64,000 bases of DNA from an uncultured Actinomycetota bacterium (GTDB lineage Bacteria; Actinomycetota; Acidimicrobiia; Spongiisociales; UBA4744), in assembly GCA_963723165.1 (NCBI GenBank), contig CAVRPP010000007.1, positions 133,513 through 197,512 of the forward strand, written 5' to 3'. Below the pieces are notes generated by a model, which saw nothing but the letters and a program-made list of their open reading frames with translations, made no database searches and had not been told where the DNA came from. Position 1 is the first letter of the stretch; every line of letters starts with the position of its first letter. A program made the translations under genes and the position numbers. Of the stretch, positions 56,986 through 64,000 are shown in pieces.

Positions 56986-57819
56986 TCAACCTACCGAGAC
57001 GAGGGCTACGGCAACCAGCGCCAGCGCCAGGCCGGCGAGTCGCCGTGGGGTGAGAATCTCTTTGAAAACGAGTCGGGCCAGCAGAACGCTGGCCGCAGGG
57101 AACATGGCAGCTACGACGGTGGCCACCGCCAGCGATTCGAGCCCGGCGGCGATGATGAAGAAGCCGTTTCCGATCGCCGTCAATGTCCCGGCAGCGATCC
57201 CGGGTGTCACGGCGTCGCGGGGGAGCAGTAGGTTCTTGCCGAGGCGAAGACCGATGGATGCGATCAACACTCCTCCGGCGACTCGGGCCGGGAGCAGCGC
57301 CCAGATACTCGACCCATCGGACGTGAAGCTGAAGAAGATGAGCTGGGCTCCGAAGCCGAGGCCGGCGATCAGGCCGAACCGAAGCCCGTGGCGGTCTCCG
57401 GCCAGGACCCGACTGCTGCCCCCGCTCACCAGCCAGATGGCAACGATCCCGATGACGATCCCCGCCACGACGAGGCCGGTCGGAAAGTCACCGAAGAACA
57501 CGCTCCAGACCACCGGCCAGGTGGCGGCTCCCACTGCGGCAATCGGGGAGACCACGGCGATGTCGCTGCGAGCGAAACCGGTATACAGGCCCATAACACC
57601 GATGGCGCCGCCGACGCCGGCCAGCGATCCCCACAAGATCAGCTCTCCGCTCAGGCTGCCGTCGAGGAACGGCGCGATAGCCAGCACGGTGACCGCTCCG
57701 GCCACGTGATTCCACGTCCCCACCGCCCAGGCATTGGCCCGACGACTCGCAAAACCTCCGAGGAAATCACCGGTTCCCGCAAACGCCGCCGCCAGGCCTG
57801 CTAGCAAAACGCCCATCAC
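56986..57819 (-). CDS. EamA/DMT family transporter
   Basis: 277 aa with 10 TM helices. Confidence 0.75.
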   Translation of the reverse strand: MMGVLLAGLAAAFAGTGDFLGGFASRRANAWAVGTWNHVAGAVTVLAIAPFLDGSLSGELILWGSLAGVGGAIGVMGLYTGFARSDIAVVSPIAAVGAATWPVVWSVFFGDFPTGLVVAGIVIGIVAIWLVSGGSSRVLAGDRHGLRFGLIAGLGFGAQLIFFSFTSDGSSIWALLPARVAGGVLIASIGLRLGKNLLLPRDAVTPGIAAGTLTAIGNGFFIIAAGLESLAVATVVAAMFPAASVLLARLVFKEILTPRRLAGLALALVAVALVSVG

Positions 57820-57906
57820 GGCACGCTAGCGGGTAAGGGCGTCCCGGCCGCCATCGCCCTCAAACCGCCCGACAAGCGCCCGATGGCGCGCCTCGTATGG
57901 CACCTG

Positions 57907-59152
57907 CTAGTCGGTCGCGGTCCGTTGGCGCCGCGAGGCTCGATGCAGGCGTGCATCCAGTGGGTGTGAGGCGCTTCTGCCGCCGTCCGCACGGAGCGGC
58001 CGCATGGCTGCAATTTCGACAACGTCGATGTGATGATCGAAGTGGAGCGCTCCTGCTGCGGCCAACTCGCTCTCCGCTGCCCGGCGGATGCCTGCGGTAA
58101 CCGCATTGAAGAAGTGGTAGCGGACAGATTCCACAGGATCGTCCGAGTATTGCCAGACTCCAATGATCCTGCCCCGATGCACGAGTGTGGCAGCGGAGTT
58201 GCCGCCCCCGTCGTAGACGAAATCGTGAAGCTCAGGCTCCAGAAACCGGACCCTGTCACGGTATCCCTGGACGTAAGGATCGAGCAGCGGAAGTGCCCTC
58301 ACAGATCCCTCCTGTTCATGTGCCGGATCGCTACCTCTCAGGCGGAACAGTGGTCCCGGCCAGCCTTCGACCGCTACCTCCTCGATCCGGTCACGGAGAG
58401 CTGCCAGGGCTGCTTGGGAACGCGCTTTGGTGAACCCCGTCCACCAGGAAATGTCGGCAACCGTGACCGGGCCGTATCCGGAGATGTATTGAAACACCAG
58501 TTCCTGGATGGCGGCTTCCTCCCCCCAACGGTCGAGATCCACGCCCCCAAGGACATCCTCCCAGCGGTGGTACTCGCGAACGCTCGATCGCCAGCTCCGG
58601 GGAGGAGCTCCTCCGACCAGTTGCCCTACCGTCACACATCCGGCCGACAATCCCCGACAGGTTGATCGACACCGGCAGGTCGAGTGCGTCGCGCAGGGCT
58701 CGCACGGTGAGCGGCCCCTCCGCCAGCGCTACGTAGACGGCCGCAGCAAGCTCGTCGAACCTCCGCTGCGAGAGGTTGGAATCCCGCAACCACCGGGCGG
58801 CCAATGGTTCCGCCAGGTGTCGGGTGGCGGCGGCCGCAATCTCGATGAGGTCCCCGGGAAAGATGAACATGGTCATTCGCATTGCCCGGAACCGGGCGAG
58901 GCGCCAGGAGCCCCACATCAACTCGTCGAGATCGGACCGGGTAAACCCGGGAAGACGAGCGCGAAGCGACAGGTAAGGGCTGACCGGGCTGGTGTTGTGA
59001 AGGCCGACGAGTTGGGTGGCGATGTCTTCAATGGACGACCCGGGGCAACAGAGCGAGTGGCGTCCGGCTGCACCGGCAAGCGCCGCATCGGCCGTGAGCG
59101 TTGACACGGGAGGCCCTCCACGTGTTGTCGGGCACTTCGAGGACAACCTCAC
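57907..59152 (-). pseudogene. AlkZ-like winged-helix DNA glycosylase (HTH_42 family) split by a frameshift near 58400-58650
   Basis: The N-terminal half (ORF 58391..59152) and C-terminal half (ORF 57907..58650) lie in different frames with an overlap. Confidence 0.6.
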
Positions 59153-59235
59153 TCTACGGAGGCTGCTCCATCAATCGGACGCGATCTCATGGACTCTGCA
59201 TGCTTTGGGCTGCCCCGAGTAGGTTCTATCGGGTG

Positions 59236-60045
59236 TCAGGGGAGTGTTCTCTGAAGCTCGAAGACACGGGTGGGACCCGGGAACCCTTTCAGGTCTCGTT
59301 CGTCGGCTTCGGAAAAGGCAAAACCCTTGACGACGCCGAGATCGCGAACGACGTCTGATACCAGAATGTGCCCGGCCTCGGAGGCATCACAGATCCGGCT
59401 GGCCAGGTTCACCGACGATCCGAAGATGTCATCGTGGTGGCGGACCGGCACACCTGCGGCGATACCGATCCGAACCCGGAGTTCGGGCGTTCCTCCGGCT
59501 GCGGTCCTCGCCTCGAAACCATCCTGGATTGCCACCGAGCACTCCAACGCACGGTCCACATCTTCGAAAGAAGCCATGATGCCGTCGCCGGTGTGTTTCA
59601 CCTCGCGCCCGTGCGCCGCCACCAGCGCCCGCCGGATGATCAGGTCGTGCTCGGTGAGCAGGACCATGAACGAGGACTCGCCGGCTTCTTGTAGCAATGA
59701 GGTTGAGCCTTCCAGGTCTGTGAAGAGAACCGTCCGGAACGGGTTCTTGAGTTCCGTCTCGTCTACGGGATCGTGGACGCCGCCCAGGAATCGAAAAACG
59801 TCATCCTCGGAAACGCTGATGATTTCGTTGGGGAGCATGCCGTGCGATTCCTGATGGACGGCGCTCAGGTCCTCCGGCCCGGACGCCTTGGCAAAGCAGA
59901 AGACGTTCCCATCTTCCCCGTCAAACCAGTAGGAGAGGAATTGCACGCCGTGTTTGGCCGACACTGCCAGATCGGCAGCATGTGCCTGGGCAACGTCCTC
60001 GGCGGTCGCGCCCGGCGTGTCGTGACGGTCCATGAAGAGTGGCAT
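59236..60045 (-). CDS. DUF4242 (SCO4226-like) domain fused to a class III adenylate/guanylate cyclase domain
   Basis: N-terminal MPLFMDRHD... DUF4242. Cyclase motifs FTDLEGST, HTGDGIMA and FGSSVNLASR. Confidence 0.8.
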   Translation of the reverse strand: MPLFMDRHDTPGATAEDVAQAHAADLAVSAKHGVQFLSYWFDGEDGNVFCFAKASGPEDLSAVHQESHGMLPNEIISVSEDDVFRFLGGVHDPVDETELKNPFRTVLFTDLEGSTSLLQEAGESSFMVLLTEHDLIIRRALVAAHGREVKHTGDGIMASFEDVDRALECSVAIQDGFEARTAAGGTPELRVRIGIAAGVPVRHHDDIFGSSVNLASRICDASEAGHILVSDVVRDLGVVKGFAFSEADERDLKGFPGPTRVFELQRTLP

Positions 60046-60259
60046 TCCGCATTCCTTCCTTGATGGCGCCGGCTGAGTCCTCAGACTGAGATTCCGGAGC
60101 TACATAATCGGGCCCGGTCTCAGCAGCGTACCCGGGCGGCAGGCGATCAGCACGGCGCGGGAGGGTGCCGCCGCCGGGATCACTAGTGTCCTCCCGAAGC
60201 TTCGCATCACATAGGAGAGACCGGCCGGTCTCGTGCCTCAGAACCCTGGGAGACGGAAC

Positions 60260-60550
60260 GTGTATGGACTGATTGGCAAGATCGTGACCGTCGATGGAAA
60301 ACGCGCAGAACTGGCGTCCATCCTGATCGGCATGGATGCCATGGCGGGATGCTCGAGCTACATCGTTGCCAACGACGCTTCGGATCCCAACGCCCTCTGG
60401 GTGACGGAGGTCTGGGCAAGTACCGAGGCTCACGCCGCCTCCCTCGAACTGCCGGTCGTCGTTGCGGCGATCGCAGAAGGGCGACACCTCATCGCCGGCG
60501 TTGAGAGCCGGGTGGAAACCGAACCGCTCGGAGGCATCGGCCTCGGCTGA
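60260..60550 (+). CDS. Antibiotic biosynthesis monooxygenase (ABM) family protein
   Basis: About 96 aa from the GTG start. The ferredoxin-like ABM fold is assigned from length and pattern. Confidence 0.55.
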   Translation: MYGLIGKIVTVDGKRAELASILIGMDAMAGCSSYIVANDASDPNALWVTEVWASTEAHAASLELPVVVAAIAEGRHLIAGVESRVETEPLGGIGLG

Positions 60551-60601
60551 TCGGTCGCCGGCACCTCCAACGCGCTTGTTCCGAGCACGGGGTGGCCGGC
60601 C

Positions 60602-61201
60602 TTGAGTAGCTTGGGGAAGGTGAACCGATGGAAACCACTCACTATTCGTTGGCTCGTCGGCCTCATCGTCGTCACAGCGCTGGTCCTGGCTGCGTGCGGG
60701 GGCGGAGACGCCGCGGACGAAACCACAACGACAACAACAGCTATCGCCACGACTTCGACGACAGCCGATTCGGACGGAGGCACCACCCAACCGGACGCTG
60801 TTGTCCCCGAACTGGCCGGCACGAATTGGAGCGTGGTGACGTACAGTCTTGTCGGGAGCATGACGAACCCCTGGCCGGGCACCGAACTCACGTTACGTTT
60901 CAATGATGACGGAACCGTTTCGGGCTCGACCGGCTGCAACGAATACAGCGTGATGTTCGAGGTCGAGGGTCCCTACGACGAGTTCGTGGAAGGCCAGCGA
61001 GACGAAAACGACGGTCAGGTCATCCGCTTTGGCGCCCTCACCATCACGGAGAGGGCCTGCGCTGAGTCCAACTACATGGAGCAGGAGGCAGAATTCGTCG
61101 ACCTCCTCGAGCAGGTCGGACGCTGGTTCGTCGCCAGGGGGAACCTCATTCTGCGAGCCGCCGACGCCTCCTTCTTGATTGAGGCTGAACCGATCGGGTA
61201 G
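60602..61201 (+). CDS. Lipoprotein with META (HslJ-like) domain
   Basis: Lipobox LAAC and a Thr-rich linker. META motifs LAGTNWSVV and GSTGCNEYS. Start is TTG or GTG near 60602-60620. Confidence 0.7.
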   Translation: MSSLGKVNRWKPLTIRWLVGLIVVTALVLAACGGGDAADETTTTTTAIATTSTTADSDGGTTQPDAVVPELAGTNWSVVTYSLVGSMTNPWPGTELTLRFNDDGTVSGSTGCNEYSVMFEVEGPYDEFVEGQRDENDGQVIRFGALTITERACAESNYMEQEAEFVDLLEQVGRWFVARGNLILRAADASFLIEAEPIG

Positions 61202-61313
61202 CGAAAGGTGGCCGTTGCCGCCCGGGTGGCGGACGGGAGCTCCTAAAGGGACCCGGGCATTAGTGTCGCGTCGGGAGCCGGGCTCAGGGTTTCACCTTTG
61301 CAGGAGGGTGCAC

Positions 61314-62721
61314 GTGCAGCAGTCGGATTGGGAGAAGGTCATCGAAGCGGCCATTGGTCCGGCTGTCCGATATCTCCAATCTTTGCCCGACCGACCCGTG
61401 TACCGGCCGGCCGACCCGGAGGAGATCCGGGCGCTGATCGGCGGACCTCTTCCCGAGACGGGCACCAGCCCCGAGGACGTCGTGGCGGCTCTGGCCGAAG
61501 ATCTCGAACCGTTCGTTGTCGCTCATGCTTCCGGCCGCTACTTCGGGTTCGTCATCGGCGGTCTCCATCCGGCTTCGTACGGGGCCGAACTGCTCGCTTC
61601 CACGTGGGATCAGAACTCCGGTTTGTACGCGGTCACTCCCGGAGTCGCAGTGGCCGAGGAGGTCGCAGCCGGTTGGGTTCTGGAGCTTCTCGACCTTCCC
61701 CGCGACGCCGGGGTCGGGTTCGTCACCGGCGGTCAGATGGCCACATTCACCTGTTTGGCCGCCGCTCGTCACCACGTTCTCCGAGAGGCGGGATGGGATG
61801 TTGAGGCCGACGGCCTCCAGGGAGGTCCCAAGATCAATGTGGTCGTCAAGTCCGAGTGGCACTCGACTGTTCCCCGGGCTTTGCGGTTCCTCGGTTTGGG
61901 CGACTCAACCGCAGTGGTGGTTCCCTCGGATGATCAATCGCGTATCGAACCCGAAGCGCTGGAGGAGGCTTTGGCCGGTCTGGAGGGGCCGACCATCGTG
62001 TGCGTTGAGTCCGCCAACGTCAACACCGGGTCGTTCGACCCGTTCGAGGCGGTGGCCGACATCGCCGACCGCCATCGGGAGCGGGGCAACCCGACCTGGG
62101 TACACGTGGACGGGGCGGTCGGGCTCTGGGCGCGGGCTTCTGCCGACCACAACAACCTCACGGCCGGTCTCGCAACGGCTCGATTCCTGGTCGACCGATG
62201 CCCACAAACTCCTCAACGTCTCGTACGACTCGGGGATTGCTATCTCCCGCCACGCCGCCGCACACCGGGCTGCCATGAGTATCCATGCCTCATATCTCAT
62301 TCAGTCCGACGGGGCGGCCCGCGACCAGATGGACTGGAATCCGGAGTTCTCCCGCCGGGCGCGGGGCCTGGCCGTGTACGCCACGCTGCGCTCCTTGGGC
62401 CGGAGCGGAGTCGCCGGGATTGTGGACCGAACGTGTTCCCTGGCGAGGCGCTTCGCCGACCAATTGGCAGCAAGCGGCCGGGCCGAGGTGATGAACGAAG
62501 TGGTGTTCAATCAGGTATTGGTCCGGTGGCTCTCTCCCGACGGGGACCACGATGCCTTCAACGACAGGGTGATAGCCGCAATTCAGGCCGACGGCACCGC
62601 CTTCTTCAGCGGCACCACCTGGGACGGGATGCGCCTGATGCGAATCTCCGTTTCTGACTGGGCGACCGATGAGGACGACATCGACCGGGCCGTCGAAGCG
62701 CTGCTCCGTTGTGCCGGGTGA
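61314..62721 (+). pseudogene. PLP-dependent decarboxylase (group II, aspartate-aminotransferase superfamily) with a +1 frameshift near 62140-62175
   Basis: GTG start after AGGAGG. The N-terminal 290 aa are in frame 0. The C-terminal part (ADSWSTDAHKLLNVSYDSG...) lies in ORF 61516..62721. Confidence 0.65.
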
Positions 62722-62764
62722 CCTTTTCGCAACGGACGCTGATAAGTCTTGCGGAGGGTTCGGA

Positions 62765-62912
62765 GTTCCGGCAGAATATGGCGGTCGAGGGGGAGTAGCC
62801 CCCGGGATCGACCGTCATTCCGGCAGATTGCTGCCCGGTTCCCCGGCCCACCCGTTCGGGTGGGAGCGAGACCTTCGACTGTCCGTCTGGTGATGGTCGA
62901 AAGGATGCTCCG
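62765..62912 (+). ncRNA. Candidate yybP-ykoY (manganese) riboswitch leader of the TerC gene
   Basis: GGGGGAGUAGC and GGGAGCGAGACC...AAAGGAUG motifs with flanking complementary segments (GGUCGA/UCGACC) upstream of the TerC-family gene. Recalled from memory of the consensus and not aligned. Confidence 0.5.
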
Positions 62913-63899
62913 TTGATTCTGGCCGCAGTCGAAGGCGACCGTTCGAATTTCGTCGATCTCGACGTCCCCATCTGGGCGTGGATCCTATTACTCGTGTTGA
63001 TCGTTGCCCTACTGGCGATCGACCTGTACCGGCACCGCGACGCACACGCTCCCTCCCCGAAAGAGGCTCTCCACGAGTCGCTTGTGTGGGTGGCGTGCGG
63101 GCTCGCCTTCTCGGTCTTCATTGCCGTCACCTTCGGTTACGACGCCTTCGGTGAGTACATCAGCGGTTATCTGATCGAGAAGTCCCTCAGCATCGATAAC
63201 GTCTTTGTTTGGTCGATGTTGTTCGCCACTCTGGCGATCCCCTTGAAATATCAGCATCGGGTGCTGTTCTGGGGCATCTTTGGCGCTCTCGCTCTGCGAG
63301 CGATCTTCATCCTGCTGGGGACCGCTCTCATCAGCCGGTTCTGGTGGCTGCTGCTGGTCTTCGGCGTGTTTCTCGTCTACACCGGCGTCAAGATCATCCG
63401 CCACCGGGCCGATGAGGGAACCAAAGAAGCCACCCGGGGCCTCGGGTTGTTGCGCAAGATCATGCCTGTCACCGAACAGCTCGACGGACAGAAGTTCTTC
63501 ACCAGACTCAACGGGCGGCGAGCAGCCACCCCTCTGCTATCCGCCCTGTTCGTCGTCGAGATCACCGACATCATCTTCGCCGTCGACTCGGTCCCCGCCA
63601 TCCTGGCCGTCTCCAACGAGCCCTACCTCGTGTTCGCCTCCAACGCTTTCGCCATCCTGGGTCTGCGGGCCATGTACTTCCTGCTGGCAAATGCCAAAGA
63701 ACGGTTCCACTTCCTGTCACACGCTCTCGGTGGCATCTTGATCTTTGTCGGCATCAAGATGGCCGTTTCGCACTGGTATCACATGAACACCTATCTGTCG
63801 CTGGCGATCATCGTGACAATGTTGGTCGCCGCCATCGTGTTCAGCACGAGGCGCGCTAAGCAGCTGGCGCCAAGGGATACGGCCTCCCACACCGGCTAG
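62913..63899 (+). CDS. TerC-family integral membrane protein (Alx-like putative Mn exporter)
   Basis: TTG start. TerC motifs (EKSLSIDNVFV, FAVDSVPAILAVS). Confidence 0.85.
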   Translation: MILAAVEGDRSNFVDLDVPIWAWILLLVLIVALLAIDLYRHRDAHAPSPKEALHESLVWVACGLAFSVFIAVTFGYDAFGEYISGYLIEKSLSIDNVFVWSMLFATLAIPLKYQHRVLFWGIFGALALRAIFILLGTALISRFWWLLLVFGVFLVYTGVKIIRHRADEGTKEATRGLGLLRKIMPVTEQLDGQKFFTRLNGRRAATPLLSALFVVEITDIIFAVDSVPAILAVSNEPYLVFASNAFAILGLRAMYFLLANAKERFHFLSHALGGILIFVGIKMAVSHWYHMNTYLSLAIIVTMLVAAIVFSTRRAKQLAPRDTASHTG

Positions 63900-64000
63900 A
63901 GGCGATCGGAGAGACGGTCGGCATGCTCCCGATCCCGTCGCGCTAGGTTCGGGCATGAGGGACCTTCATGGCCTATTCATCTTCTGTCCGGCTGGCGGCG

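Noticed and set aside
1-64000. tRNA or rRNA genes
   Set aside because: No T-loop (GGTTCGAATCC-like) or anticodon-stem patterns were found, and there are no rRNA-like conserved stretches. The window appears to be protein-coding plus short intergenic regions only.

Overview
This is a 64 kb high-GC (about 68%) chromosomal window that looks actinobacterial, and several blocks are syntenic with mycobacteria (XRE regulator/hbhA-like pair, clpS/DUF2017, greA, a galE-like epimerase next to an acyltransferase). About 75 features are supported and most are housekeeping genes. These include pheA, aroG-type DAHP synthase, tyrA, nadE, hpt, glnE, greA, clpS, mgtE, a RumA-like rRNA methyltransferase, XdhC, MocA, an acyl-CoA dehydrogenase, transporters and regulators. 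No rRNA, tRNA or CRISPR array was found. The most noteworthy content is listed below in window order.
- A three-gene, translationally coupled operon of prepilin-type (G|FTIVE-like) pseudopilin genes lacks an ATPase or platform gene. A degenerate orphan CpaE/Ssd-like ATPase lies 5 kb away.
- An extracytoplasmic redox module on the minus strand encodes a tandem-rhodanese lipoprotein, a monoheme lipoprotein and a decaheme c-type cytochrome. A perfect CRP-type palindrome abuts the RBS of the rhodanese gene. An in-frame TGA separates the signal-peptide heme module from the ten-heme module.
- The SF1 (Upf1-like) helicase gene is fused to a C-terminal DUF559 nuclease-like domain and split by a frameshift.
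- glnE contains a 624 bp, about 99.5% identical direct repeat that makes the two nucleotidyltransferase cores identical.
- A 55 bp palindromic repeat family has three copies. Two copies bracket a DUF559 (Vsr-like endonuclease-fold) gene and supply the last codons of two proteins.
- selD is a genuine selenoprotein with a UGA-Sec codon and a SECIS-like hairpin.
- A low-GC island holds a multiply frameshifted sulfotransferase pseudogene, a GIY-YIG gene and an ArsR/YciI operon with a perfect 10-4-10 operator.
- A candidate yybP-ykoY manganese riboswitch lies upstream of a TerC gene.
- Other broken genes include an AlkZ-like glycosylase and a PLP decarboxylase. An HbhA-like gene carries five perfect 30 bp tandem coding repeats.
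Coordinates read from the sequence lines rather than the ORF track may be off by 1-2 nt.
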